Source: Eledone cirrhosa
Taxonomy: Eukaryota
DNA length: 64,000 nucleotides
Direction: 5' to 3'
NCBI GenBank assembly: GCA_964016885.1
Contig: OZ024743.1
Span: forward strand, 198,462,001 to 198,526,000
Positions 1 to 14,054 of the stretch are shown piece after piece (the first letter of the stretch is position 1; each line of letters begins with the position of its first letter). The translations under genes and the position numbers were made by a program. A model generated the notes under the pieces. The model worked only from the letters and a program-made list of their open reading frames with translations. It did no database searches and was not told where the DNA came from.

Positions 1-1104
1 CATGACGATGCATCATAATCGATTTTATATCATCATCGTCATTGGTGTAGTCATGATCGTTATCAACAGTCAATGCACGCTTAGAAATTATAACGCCAGT
101 GATTTGATAAGATATCTTAACAACTATCCGTTTTCCAAGGCTCGGAGTCTCAGATCGGTGCTTATTTGTTTCCCAGTTGTTAAGCGATCCAGTGTAGATG
201 AGTCATCCTTGCCGAACATGACAACAGTTTATCCAAGTTTAATTTAAGTTAATGCAGTACCCATTTTCAGCTGAGTAGCTGAGTGTTCAGGACGGACGTG
301 AAATTAAGTATTTTTCTCATGAGCTCAAAGCATTACATCTCTAATAGTCGAAGCCATGATATTATGATCATTAATCCAACACTCTAACCATTAAGACACA
401 CCCCTTCTCTTACAAAGTATTCTTTCGTGTAGCCTGCTTGAAATAGCAGTCAAATATTGTTCAAACCCCACCCTAACATCCCAAAACAGAAAACAAAACA
501 CATCAGTAGAAGCACCGTGTCTGAAAATAAGAAGGGATTGTTAGGCCTGCGCTTGGACTAAACAGCATTTACAGCATAATAGTATTTGTTTTTATGAATA
601 TCAGGAACTGCTTTTTCCTTTCACTTTGCTGTGACACTTCTAGGATAATAATTTAAAATTACACGGTATCAAACAACATAAAATCCGATTAACACGTGGC
701 TTGAATATTCTGGAAAACCTTTGACATGTTGGCTATTTCAACGGGATGAGCTATTGACTAGAAGGTTCTTTATTGCACGTTGCAAAATATAGAAGGGTCA
801 AAGACAAGGAAGCCGATATTTTGAACATAACATGCCGATCAAACTTTCTTCATGATATATTTCTTTAGAAGTGCCTCTCTTCTTATAATTCTGTTTATAT
901 TTGGTTATCCTTGTATTTTTTTTACATTTGTTAAAGAAACGTTCGGTATATTTTTGGTCTGATATAGTTTCACTATATACTATTCACATGCGGTATCCTA
1001 GTGAATTCAAGCTGAGTATAGAAATGGGGAGCTTTAGAAAGGTAACCCACATGTCTATTTCATTTATGTCGTAAAAGTAAAGTCCATTACACTAATATTA
1101 TCTG

Positions 1105-1195
1105 TTTGCCTTTCATCCTTACGGGGTCGATAACATAAAGTAGCAGTAATGCGCTGGGTAATTGTTGGCCTTGTGCCAAAAAGTAGAAACAATTA
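1105..1195 (+). mobile_element. 3' half of tRNA-derived SINE (SINE family 1)
   Basis: TTTGCCTTTCATCCTTACGGGGTCGATAA...GGCCTTGTGCC...AGAAACAATT matches the fuller copies at 33506-33923 and 60718-60903. Confidence 0.85.
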
Positions 1196-2337
1196 TCTAT
1201 ATCGGTGAGCCTTTAAAGATATTCATTAGCGCGTACACGTCTTTCATAATTATATTTATTTACTTTGAATGATTTATCCACGAGGAATAGGCAAAACGTA
1301 ACATGTACCACACATATCAAAAACGTAGTGAATCAGTAAAGAGTATATTGTAAAAACCGTAGCCACAAAGTATGTACAACATTATATCTTTAGAGTCTGT
1401 CCTTACCAATAACTACCAAACTTTGGATGCATTTTAGCGTTGATAAGGTCAACATTATTTATATAGTACCTTAATTAGTACTATTCACAGGGATTGGCAT
1501 AATCAACGATTTTACTAGTATATTGGCGTAGATATAATGAAGTAGAGCTCGAAAAACAGCGCCATTAGGTCTATTGGTAAAAATGCTAATATAAGCCAAT
1601 GAAATAAGTTTTCAGTGAAACATTTTATAATTAAGAAAATAGGACGAGAATTATACACTCCCCATTCTTTGTTGACAAATTAATTGATAGTCTACGTCAC
1701 CTGTTTGTGAAGAAGCGTTCAATTAACTTACAAAATGAACTTGGCTTCGATTCGAATATCTGTCAGGCCTCGTTTGTCTAAATCTATCATTACAATGAGC
1801 ATATCAAACATTTCAATTCATGTATATCGATGATACACATATAATGAAATCTGAGTGACCACGTCATGTTTATCAGACAACTTGTGAATTAGACTCTAGC
1901 TGTCTAATGTCAATGTCAACGTTATCTTGGAACCCTGACAGGAGATGATACTGTTGTCAACATAACATAAAGTCATTCTCAGAGATTTTTGATTGTTTGA
2001 AACATTAAGTGCAAGATGTTTACACTCACACGATTTCTCTGTCAGCTTGTGATATTACCAACTGAAATAGTAGCTGCTAATTAAATTGTTTGGTTAATAC
2101 AAATATGACAAAGCAACTCTAATGGTAGTTATGCCTGCCTGGATGAGTGTGTTTCAACATTATACTTCGCTTCTGCAAGCCATGATTCTGAGCTGTATCC
2201 CAATCTAAGAGACCTTGGCCTAGGCTGGAGTTGATCGATTATATGTGGAATTTAATAAACGGAAAATGAGGACTACTACTACTACTAATACTAATACTAA
2301 TACTACTACTACACGCACATATATAAATATATATCAT

Positions 2338-2490
2338 GTTTAATATAGAAATGGCTCTTCTGATAATTTCTTTTGAATGAAGCAGTTCTAGTCTTGTAGT
2401 AGCCATTCCTATATGAAACAAAATGTTACAGTCTACTAATGTATTGAGTAACTTTCTGTGGTTAACCCCGTTTGAAGTCGGGATGCAGAG
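2338..2490 (+). mobile_element. Decayed PLE terminal fragment (family A) with short inverted arms
   Basis: Inverted arms 2338-2356/2401-2419; decayed core CTGATAA..GAAG; tail ATTGAGTA..CTGTGGTTAACCCCG shared with 5481-5669 and 55685-55880. Confidence 0.6.
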
Positions 2491-2491
2491 A

Positions 2492-2528
<37 letters not shown>

Positions 2529-4000
2529 ACCCTCTCTCTCTCTCTCTCTGTATAAATATGTATATATAAATATATGTGTCTGTATGTATACGCAATGCCA
2601 TATGTATATATACATACATATGTATGCGCATGTGGTGTGCGTTGTGAATATGTGTAGGCTTTTACAATAAAAACATTAGATGGAGTTGAATATAAATAGG
2701 AAAACAAATAATAATGATCAAGTGAATCGAATAAATATTGCTGTTGCTTTTGTAATCGTTGCTGCTGATAATGTTGCGGCTTTCTGTTAATAATTATGAT
2801 TTCGGATATCGCATTTATTTTCATGTACAGAATGAGTAAGATTTATTATCAAATGTGTCCATTCGTCTTTTAGTCGGTAGATCAGGTGTGGTATGATGCA
2901 TATTTGGCTGCTATTTCTAGCAAGGTCGTCGTAGGGACGTTGATTTTGATTCCTTTCACCATGTTAATCCTGCTAAATCTCAACTATGATGAAATACATT
3001 CCATCCATGACCGTGACATATTTTCATTTTCAGGTATACTGTCGCCAGAAATACATTAATGAGTCATTCCAATTTTTATGATGATATGCAGCACATGGAA
3101 TGCGGGTATTTTGACAATTATTTCAAACCACTGACTTCATATAGATATTTTCGTTTTCCGAAATGGGATACTGCTTCTTTCGGCCAATAACATCTTGCTT
3201 ATTTACAAATGCAAAACTGTATTATAAGCATTATTGATATGTGTTCATTGTTGAATTATTATTTCTGATAGAAATGAAAAATTTCATAAGAGCGCTATAT
3301 TACTGATACGATAAGAAGACGATGCAATATACAATAAACGATGTATTTTAAGTGTTAGATATATCAAGTGTCACATTACTTCCTTCTTCTCACTTGATAT
3401 TTTCCATAAAACTGATCTGAAGTATATGTTGAAATGTTAAACATACCCGACAGTATATAGATTTCGAATTATCTAACTTTAAACTTCTCCTGTACAGATA
3501 TTACCTAAGAAACTGACCTATAGTTTAGAATGTCACAGTTGTCTATAACATACCATCTAGATTATCACCATACTCTTTCCGTAAATCTAATTTCATTGTT
3601 TTTAAAAGTAATCTTCACCGAGGATTCAAGGAAAACAAGGTACTTAGTCAGACAACAGAAGCGATCCGTAGACAGCAAGTTACTGAACGCAAGCTCACAT
3701 ACATTTTCTCAAATATATATATTATATATATTATATATTTCTGGCAATATCATAACATGACCCTCCCCAATATATATATATATGCATAATGTTGCATATT
3801 TATACGAATAATAAAAAGGGGAAGAACATTGTTAGTTTTTACATATTTAGAGAGGAGAGTTCATATCTCTCTCCATGTTTCTATGTGTGTTGTATTGAAG
3901 CAAATAACTGTCTATTCAGGGAGTTTACATAACATTAGCTATTGAGTACTCTGAGATGCATCGGTACTAGCAGTGGAACCCATGTTAGTCCCGTCAACAC

Positions 4001-4058
<58 letters not shown>

Positions 4059-4518
4059 TTTGGAGACGAAGCTGGTCGAATAGAGTGGACATGGCTTTGG
4101 CCGCTTCATCACTCACTCTAAGGTAAACTAAGTTCGTAATATAATATTCAAACCAAGATAGCCAGAGTGGACACTTTCGTTAAACAGCTTCGTGTAGGTA
4201 AGATGATACGGTAGCCGGACTCCTATAACAGTTTGAAAGCGTTTGGCTTAGTGGTTTGAGTGATCGGCTTATAACAGAGGATAAGTCCATTCAAAGCGAC
4301 GTTATTCTTTTGAGGATTACACTTTATGTCAAGCTTCTCAACAACATTGAATTGGCAACAGCAAAAGGAGGCACCTTTGTCACACACTTTGTCTCACTAA
4401 ATCTATCTAACAATTATTTAAGGGTGTACGTCGCTGATTAATGCTCAGCCACTTGCACATAATTTCAATTTCATGACCATGCAACTGGAAGCCTCATCAC
4501 CAGAGTTCCAACACAAAT

Positions 4519-4552
<34 letters not shown>

Positions 4553-5075
4553 TGTATGTATGAACATGTGTATGCTTTTATACATGTGGGCATGTATGTA
4601 TTTATGTATGTATGTAAATATGAATATATGTATGCATAATTTTATGTATATATGATACATACACACACACATACACACATACACACACACATACATACAT
4701 ACATACATACATACATACCTACATACATACATACATACATGCATACATACATAAATATGAGTAAGTAAAGAAAGTGATGTACTTTACTGCTAATACAGTT
4801 TTCTGCTTTTCTTTCTAAATTTCATTTGCTAAGACGTGATTAAAACAATACTGAATTAGAAAGAAAATTTTTGAAAATCCTTGCAGCATAATTGAAATCT
4901 ATTATCATCTTAATATATAAGAATACGTTTTACCCCTTCATCTAAATATATGTACACACATACAAAGAAGCAGCAGAAAATAAAAGCAGCAGAAAATATC
5001 CACAAAAGCATTAAGAATAAGATTTCAAATTTTGTATTCATTAAAAAAAAGGGGGTAAAAGAATGTAAGATTACT

Positions 5076-5286
5076 AATAATGGTTTCTTATATAGGCACA
5101 AGGCCAGCAATGTTGGGGGGAGGGGAAAATTGATTAAATCGACCCCAGTGCGTGACTGGTACTTTATTTTATCGACCTCGTAAGGATGAAAGGCAAAGTT
5201 AACCTCGGCGGGATTTGAACTCAGATCACAAAGGGCCGTAACTCTATGCTGCAAAGTATGGCGTCCGACGCCTCTACCAATACTGC
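5076..5286 (-). mobile_element. tRNA-derived SINE family 1, near full length (long variant)
   Basis: Minus strand shows a tRNA-like head with B box GAGTTCAAATCC, the central GCCTTTCATCCTTACG motif and the GGCCTTGTGCC end. Confidence 0.9.
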
Positions 5287-5430
5287 GTTAGGCACAATGC
5301 TAACAACTTTTGAGAGAGAGTAAAGTCGATTAAATCGACGCCACTACGTTACTGAGACTTTATTCAATATCATACTTGCTAAATTGAAATGATTTTTTTA
5401 CAGAGCTTATCATCTCCTAGACTAATTGCA

Positions 5431-5480
<50 letters not shown>

Positions 5481-5485
<5 letters not shown>

Positions 5486-5665
5486 GTTATTCCGGGTTGA
5501 ATCGGAGGTAACCACAGTAAGTAAGGTACTCAATACATTGCAGAGTATAAAAGTTTTAATATAGATGAGATTCTACAGCACTAGAACTGTTTCATTCTTT
5601 AGAAATTCCTGATGATTTCTAAAGAATGAAACAGTTCTAGTCCTGTAGAATCTCATCTATATTAA

Positions 5666-5669
<4 letters not shown>
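5481..5669. mobile_element. PLE family A fold-back insertion between two (TA)n runs
   Basis: Hairpin 5552-5669 (55 bp arms, 8 nt spacer); CTGATGA at 5609 and GAAA at 5628; family tail at 5481-5536 on the minus strand. Confidence 0.75.
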
Positions 5670-5700
<31 letters not shown>

Positions 5701-5706
<6 letters not shown>

Positions 5707-6660
5707 TCACAGGAATCAAAGTTATGTTCAAACCATTTATTAGCTTACAATTGTTTCATCCAAACCGAGGCTTGGTGCCTTCGGAGCATTTTTCAATGTT
5801 TGTTTACATACATGACCTTCTTTCCAACGCAAGAGACATACAGATAAACATGTATATATTGATGTACAGTGGGGTGACATATATTATATTATTTCTGAAT
5901 GGCAATTTAAATTCAAAAATTAAAATCATATTAAAACAGAATCAAAGCAAAATTAAAAATTAAAATACAACATCGGCAGTTAACGTAGATAATGCAAGAG
6001 GATAGTTTGTTAGTCAGTTGTAGTAGTTATTGTATGCATTAGTTACACGTGGGTCATGCACGTGTGTCTTATTATTGTGTGGCAGGGTGTTATATGCAAT
6101 ACAAGCACTATAAGCGGGTAATTAAGAGTATTATGGAGGTTGTGGTGGTAAGGAATTTTTTTTGTGTATGATAAAGAAGCTTGTGTGCAGAGAAATAGTA
6201 TAAATGAGAAGCAAAATAATGTTATGGTTTTAATATAGACCACCATTTTCACAATTCAGGAAACGTAATATATAGTTTATATGTCCTTCACATAATTAAC
6301 GATGATTCCGTATTGGATGTTTGGTGTATTAAGTTAAATTATTATAGCTTATTGCGGCTCAGTGTTCTTTAATCCAATTTTATAGAGCAGGTTGTTTCTG
6401 TTGCGAGAATTTACATCGTTTTATTATCCGGAAGTATGTGTGTGATTAAGGGGAGTTAATGCGTGAGGGGAGGTAATTAGCTGATTTCTATAACTAAATT
6501 TAACATACATTAAAAGGTGTCTCGATTGAGTCCCTTATATATACGGTTATATACAGTTTCCAAATTTAAGTATCCTATCTTTAATTACAGTCTACTCTAT
6601 CATGAAGTACTAAAGGTATCTATACTAGGATGATTACTCCCTATCATAGAGTGCTACAAC
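5701..6660 (-). mobile_element. Degenerate Penelope-like element 3' region with decayed hammerhead
   Basis: Minus strand 5787-5743 reads GCT-CCGAAGG-stem-GAAA-CAATTG-TA-AGC (mutated core, palindromic stem III); only a faint GIY-YIG-like remnant near 6260-6545; extent uncertain. Confidence 0.4.
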
Positions 6661-6700
6661 TGAATATTCCATACGAAGAGTCAGATCTACATATCAAAGT

Positions 6701-6890
6701 TCTTTGCCCATGTTGTTTATATACAACATGGGCAAAGATTTATATACCCTGATCTGGCCTCTCTGATTGTATCCAGAGAAATGCATATGGTGGAGGAAGT
6801 GTTGTATGTGTCTCTTTATTTCTTTAGGGCTGCATATACGGGTCGCGTTCCTCATCACTCTGACTAAGTCCACAATCAGTATGTTAATTT
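6701..6890 (-). pseudogene. Fragment resembling a PLE reverse-transcriptase C-terminal region, ending in a small fold-back
   Basis: ORF-track peptide LIVDLVRVMRNATRICSPKEIKRHIQHFLHHMHFSGY resembles the LRRxRN...FxxxMxxSGY pattern of PLE RTs (from memory); hairpin 6701-6738. Confidence 0.4.
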
Positions 6891-6987
6891 TTATACATAT
6901 ATTTAAATACCCCCCCACCCCCACATATATATATATAGTGTGAGAGAAAGAGAGAGAGAGAGACATAGATAGATATGTGCATACTAA

Positions 6988-7175
6988 TGGATGGCAATTG
7001 ACTCACATGAGTTCCTCCACCCCTTGACGGAATATTCATTCCGTCCTGCAGGATATCCAATAATCACCCTCTTTTGCAAGCACACAAGTTTGGTGAGGTT
7101 GCCAGTTTACTCGCCCAGCATGCATCAGGTGGTACTGGGTTACATGTTACCAGTAGCGCTCAGGAGCGACCAGAC
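6988..7175 (-). mobile_element. Diverged 5' part of the non-coding RTE-like element
   Basis: Collinear with the 5' ~200 bp of the copies at 7449-8091 and 53987-54596, with many substitutions. Confidence 0.75.
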
Positions 7176-7448
7176 ATATTATATATATACATATATAACA
7201 GAGTTTTGTAGGCCATATTCAGTTAGTTCAGGTTTATTTAACACTCCGTTATCCATATTTCACTGAGGACTATCTGTTTAGATAGCCTGAGCTCTTCAGA
7301 CAGGAAAACCTAAAAAATAAACATCTAAAGTTCCAAATAAACCTTTAAGTTTGGAAAAATCCAATAATTTTCCTGAAAAAGATTTTCTTTTCATGATACA
7401 AGGGTCGTCTGAACGCATGATGTTGTTTCTTCGACGGCCGGTTGAAGA

Positions 7449-8091
7449 CATACATACATACATACAAACCTACATGGATGGTGGCTGCCAACTCGTTTTC
7501 GAGTACGGCTACTACTTTATATCCGTGTAGCAGAACCCTTACCGATGCGCTGAACGAGTGTGACTTTTTAGTCCAGCCAGCAACTTGAAAAAAAACTCTT
7601 GTACAAACACTACACTTGTGACAATTATTGACACATAGTGCTGGGCCCATGGTACCATGTGACGACAAGTGCAGAGAGATCTCCAGATATAAAGCAATGC
7701 CTGTGCCGTGAAGCTTTTATAGTGAGCAAATGCACTGCACAAAGCCAGTCCCACTCTCTTAACCAAGATGATATTTACCAAAAAGAAGAACAAGTGAACA
7801 TCATTGGATACCATTAGGGGTGCAGGTGTTATATCAGAGTTTTCCTTCTCCTAGAATTCTGCCTTGACAAAGGCTAAGGGGTCATCTCTCCCGGTGATTT
7901 TGGATGGCCATTGACTCATAAGAGCTCCTTTGCCCTTTGACAGGTTTTGTTTTTAGTCCTGCAGGATGTCCAAAGTCACCCTCCTCACCAAGAAACCTTG
8001 GTGGGGTTGCCAGTTTAGTCGCCAACGACGCGACCATGAGACAGGTTGTACTGGGATACATGTTACCAGTAGCACCAACTGGTGACCTGAC
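7449..8091 (-). mobile_element. ~610 bp non-autonomous RTE-like retroelement, copy 1, with (TGTA)n tail
   Basis: High identity to 16073-16625 and 53987-54596; contains CTAGGAGAAGGAAAACTCTGA (RTE 5'UTR-like); 3' stem-loop CTCG-AAAA-CGAG; no RT ORF. Confidence 0.75.
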
Positions 8092-8119
8092 ATAACATGC
8101 ATACATGCATACATACACA

Positions 8120-8170
<51 letters not shown>

Positions 8171-8175
8171 TATAC

Positions 8176-8245
<70 letters not shown>

Positions 8246-8997
8246 TTGTTAATAGTAGGTTATGTTGCTTTTGTATGCTTGGCTGTTGTATCTGCCTTTA
8301 TCTTTCTAAGTTATGTGAAAGTCTGTGTTGGCATGAAACTTTATTTCTCCTGTTTGTTCATAATTATTTATGTACACACAAATACACAAAGAAAAACACA
8401 GTCACTCAAACACATAAACAAACAAACAAATAAAAATACACAAAAACACAATCATACCCATGTACATCCCAAAATAGTCTCACACACTCACTTACACGAA
8501 AAAAGACACGCACGCACAAAACTGTTATGAGATATGACGAGTTGAATAGTGAAACAAAAGTTGTCGAAAAACCATCTGTATGTTTGATAAATTTAATGAA
8601 CTATTTTTGTTGAAAATTGAAAAATCTATTTGAATTCTTTTCGTTTTGTTTCCTTTTAACTTTACAAATGCCATTAAAATAAATACTAACAAACAACAAT
8701 GTATAAACACACAAACAGTTATATTTATACGCGCACAAACACACATATTAAAAAATTCACTCACATATATACACATACGTTCATTCACATAAACACAGAT
8801 ATATATATATATACATATTAATACAAGCATATATGCTTGCGTATAGGCACATGTACACTCATTCTTTTATTAGTTCTAGATGGTTCTATTTCCATTATAA
8901 ACTCACACTATTGTAGCATTTGTTAAATCAAAAGAAACTCACACGCTCATGAACAAACATAGACATACCTACCTATACAAATATAAATATAGAGGTA

Positions 8998-9063
<66 letters not shown>

Positions 9064-9152
9064 CATGCATACGTACATACATACATATACGCATGCATAC
9101 ATGATTACACGCACACAGACGAACACTCGCAAAAACACTCACCCACACACAC

Positions 9153-9183
<31 letters not shown>

Positions 9184-9480
9184 ATTTGTACACATATATA
9201 CACAAATATACATGCGTACTCACACAATCAGATCATTTTTTCACTGTATCTACGAATCACGGAAATAATATTCGTTTCAAGCTAGTGATGCTGCTGATGA
9301 TGATGGTGATGTTGATGATGACGACGACATGGTGGTGGTGTTGGTAGTAATGAATCTCATGAGGAAATCGAATATTTGTTTAAGAGATACATTTTTCTCG
9401 AAGTTTATTGTCTACAAGAAAAGTTAGGCCCATATGTTTTCAGATGTCTGTATGTATGTATTCAGATATGTAAGTATGAA

Positions 9481-9604
<124 letters not shown>

Positions 9605-9653
9605 CACACATATATACATATATATATATATATACATATGTTTATATATATAA

Positions 9654-9729
<76 letters not shown>

Positions 9730-9766
9730 ATATATATATATATTTACATATATATATATACATATG

Positions 9767-9835
<69 letters not shown>

Positions 9836-9875
9836 TGTATATATATATATATGTATATATACATATATATGTGTG

Positions 9876-9943
<68 letters not shown>

Positions 9944-10769
9944 AAGAGAGAGAGAGAGTGTGTGTGTGAGAGTGAGGAAAGAAAGAAAACCACAAAAGTA
10001 GCCATATTTCTTTAGACAAATGACCAACAAGAAAAAAAAAAGATATATTAGATAAAGCCTAATTAATAATTTAATATTACAAAACAAGAAAGCTTCTTCT
10101 TGTAGGTTGTTGTTGTCGCGTAATTTTTGTTGCAGTCTGTTGTTATTGTTGTATTCTAGGTGCTGTTGATGCTCGTCGTGCTGTTATCATTGTTGTTGTT
10201 TACAGTTATGTTGCATGTGTTGCTGCTGCTGTTGGTAGCTGCGATGTAATTATTGTTTTTGTTAATCGTGGTGTTTTATAGGATGATTTTCTTGCCGCTA
10301 TTTATAGTCTGGTATGAATAATATGTGTATGTGACGTTGTTTATTAATTATTAGAATGTAGAAGAATGGGAAATGATTTTCATTAAACTGCAAACATTCT
10401 TTCTTTTATTTCTAGAAAGACACTGATGCATAAGAGAAAAGATTTTTATAAAAGCGAACAAAAACATTAATAAGGTTTCTATGATTCTATATATTAATTT
10501 CGCTATATTTTTGTTTGAATTTTATTCTAATTGAATGTATATATAGCAATATAAACAAAAGGTTATTTACATTCCAATATTTTACGCATTTTAAGATCTG
10601 TTTATTAATGTTGGTCGTTTCATTTTCATAAAAAACAAAAGTACTTTTTAGGTTAAACATAGGACAATGTTATTGTCCTCTCTTCGTTCACATGGAGAAA
10701 GATATTCAGCAAAAGGTGGGAGGAGCATTCGCAAAGAAGTAGACTTTACGTGTGTTCTGAAAGTCATAC

Positions 10770-11055
10770 AAAATATTTCAGTTGCGAAGCATATTTTAGG
10801 TATCTAAATTCGGATAATGAGGTTTTTTATACACTCCAACGCGTTCAGTAATGTTTTTAGTCATTTACACATTTTTCTCTGTTCTATGTGTGTATGTGTG
10901 TGAAACGGTGTAAATATGTGTGTATTTGCTTTCAGGTCTTCGTATCGGTGTGTTAAACACCTCGTTCAAAATATTTCAATTGAGAAGCAAATTTGAGGTA
11001 TCTATGCTTGGATAATGAACTTTCTAATATACTGTAAAGCTGTTCGGTCATTTTG
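10770..11055. repeat. Diverged direct repeat (~88 bp units about 199 bp apart)
   Basis: AAATATTTCA(G/A)TTG(C/A)GAAGCA...GGTATCTA...GGATAATGA at 10770 and about 10969. Confidence 0.7.
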
Positions 11056-11160
11056 CCACTCGTGTATATGTGTGTGTCTATATATATATATAAATATATA
11101 TATATGCAGTACATCTTACTATTTCTATCTTGTAATTAACATCTAAGACGGCATAGTCAG

Positions 11161-11239
<79 letters not shown>

Positions 11240-11263
11240 GTATATATATATATATATATATAC

Positions 11264-11326
<63 letters not shown>

Positions 11327-12003
11327 TATTGTACAACAACAAACGATGGAAAATTTTAGGATGGCTATAAACTACGAATACATGTTTAAGGACGGACTTC
11401 TTCAACTGTTGCCCACACATGTTTAAATATATCCTCTATAATTGGAAGAATCCTGTTAAACAAGTAGACAGCTGCAAACCATAACGTGACATGTCAAGCT
11501 TATCCCCATCCCGCACTAAAAAACGTTCTCCTCTATAATAGCTTTCTAACACACGAAACAACGCAAACATTTCTACGCAATTCGAGCTCAATAATATTCA
11601 TCTACCAGCCAAGAAACCTTTTCAGGTAAACAGCCCTCTATATATTTTCAGCATACATAATAGAGTACCCATTCATAGGTACAAACATCTTCCTTCTATT
11701 TTACACGAGAATAGAAAAGAGTTACTCACATTATCTAACTCCTAATCGAAACTACCTACTTTCTCTCCCCTTCTATAAGATATCTCTAGAAGAACTATAA
11801 TCCTTAATTCCATAACAAAATATGGTGATGGAGTGACGAGTGTAATAACTTCCTCGGTGATACGCGCGTATTCCATATACGTAAATGTTGTGAATTTAAA
11901 CAAACTCTGTATATTGCAACACGTCCCACGCACTATGTGGTCTGCCAAAGTTGGATACAATTTTTACGAAACTCACTATACACACCGTGTGTGCATATAC
12001 ATA

Positions 12004-12043
<40 letters not shown>

Positions 12044-12046
<3 letters not shown>

Positions 12047-14015
12047 TCGTTTTTCTTATTTAATGACTTTTTTATTTAATGACCGATAATTCGGATTTCC
12101 AGCCATTTAATTCTAGGCGATCGGAGTTAATGACTATTTTTTTAATGACCACGTTTTTTTTGACAAATATTGCAATGAACACATACCCATGTGTCGTGGT
12201 TTGAACCAGAGTTACCTCCCCTTGTCTGGTCGCTCACAGAGGGAGCTGTTTGAGCGTTCTAGAGTGTCTTAATAAAGTAGCTAAATATGGCTGGATGTAT
12301 ATTTAACTTGTGTGTTACTTGTCATGTTTGCTAACCCAAAACAATATTAAACCATGTACCCAAGAGCAAGTAACATCAAGAAAAAGCGAAAGACGTTTAC
12401 TATTGATCAGAAAAAGAAGGTCATTGATTACAAATTGGCAAATCCCAGTATTACTCAGGACCAACTTGCAACAAAATTGGGCATGCCAAAGGGGACCATA
12501 AACACAATTATGAAAAACAAAGAAAAATATTTGACCCAAAACGATGAATCGAATGCTCGAAAAAACAATCTCAAGAGCAAAAATAAACGACGATGTCTAC
12601 AAAATTTTATATGAGTGGGTTCAAAAGAAAAGAACGGCAAATCACACAATGACCAATGACCTTTTGGCAATAATGGCGATTAAAATAAACAAAATTGGGT
12701 GTACACGATTTCAAGGCTTTTTCTACGTGGACCACACGCTTCAAATCAAAATACGGGATCAAATCCGGTTTGATATCAGGAGAGGAAGGATTGGTGGACC
12801 CATCATTTTGAGAGAAACTTGGCACGAATTCGAAGAAATTTACAAAAAATACTGGCCAGAAGACGTGTTCAACTGTGATGAAACGGGCCTGTTTTTTAAG
12901 TGCCCCCCAACTAGAACACCAATTCTCAGCGTCGAGGACAAAGCAAGTGGAAAGTTTTCCAAAGAAAGATTCACCATTCTGTTCTGCACTAGCATCTTGG
13001 GTGAAAAACTAAAACCTCTGATTATAGGAAAGTACAAGTGCCCACGGGGTTTAAAGGACCTTAATTTCGACACCATGAACGTAGAATACACATTCAGTAA
13101 AAAGGCCTGGTTGACAACTACAATTTTTCTAGATTGGTTGGAGGGATTAAGGATCAAATGATTAGTTCAAATAATTAGAACAATTCTGTTGCTTTTGGAC
13201 AACTGTACACTGTATCGACAAAGAATTTTCAAATGTTGAACTTTACTATTTCCCTGCAAACACAACATCGAAAATACAACCCCTTGATCAGGGAATCATT
13301 CGATCATTCAAAGCAAAGTACAAAAAGATCCTCACAAGGAATTTAAGCATGGAGGAAGATAATTTAGAAAAATCCTATGAAATACAATTAAAAGAATACA
13401 AAATAATCGATTCTCTGCCACTGTGCATCGAATCGTGGAGTGCAGTGATACAAGAAACAATAAAAAAAAATGTTTCACGAAAGCGTTTGATAACTGGCGC
13501 TGGTCCATTGATAAGAATGAAAACGAGGAGTCCTCCGTGAGAAAACCGGAATTTCAAGATGATAATAGAAAATACGCACTAGTAGAAGAAGTTGAATTAA
13601 ACTACTTCCCAACTGAGGATGAGAGGATTGATATTGATGATGATTTTTTGAAAAATCTAAATGAGTATACGATGGAATGTGAAGAACTAGAATAGTCTTG
13701 CATCACAGATGCGCCCAAGTACACAATTGGATAAGCGAACGCCATGGCATATTTGGAGGGCCTTGAAAGATATTTTCTGAAAAATGAAAACAGCGCGCTG
13801 CTAATTGTTGGTCAATTGCGTGAAAGTTTGCTGAGAACTAAGAAAAAAAGAGGGCCGCTAATAACGGACTATATTAGGACATTTAAAAATTAGGTTTCTT
13901 CAATTTTTCAGTAAAAAATTATTTTGATCTTCGAAATTTTTTAATTTAGTCATTATTTTTTTTAATGACCAACCCGCGAAAAGGTCACCCTCACGGTCAT
14001 TAAATGAAAAATGAC

Positions 14016-14017
<2 letters not shown>
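12044..14017 (+). mobile_element. Full-length pogo/Tigger (Tc1/mariner superfamily) DNA transposon in a (TA)n tract
   Basis: Left TIR CAGTCGTTTTTCTTATTTAATGAC after TA; right TIR GTCATTAAATGAAAAATGACTG ending 14017; transposase remnants between. Confidence 0.95.
12354..13893 (+). pseudogene. Frameshifted Tigger/CENP-B-like transposase
   Basis: N-terminal HTH (KRKTFTIDQKKKVI...QLATKLGMPKGTINTI); second HTH (ILYEWVQ); DDE-domain motifs VFNCDETGLFFK, LLLLDNC, FPANTTSKIQPLDQGII; C-terminal ITDY; several frameshifts and stops. Confidence 0.93.

Positions 14018-14050
<33 letters not shown>

Positions 14051-14054
<4 letters not shown>

Noticed and set aside
7263-7310. CTGAGGA plus hairpin as a hammerhead
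   Set aside because: No GAAA directly after stem II and no stem I; at best decayed
11380-11960. Possible PLE GIY-YIG remnant and decayed hammerhead on the minus strand
   Set aside because: Similarity too faint to support without a profile search
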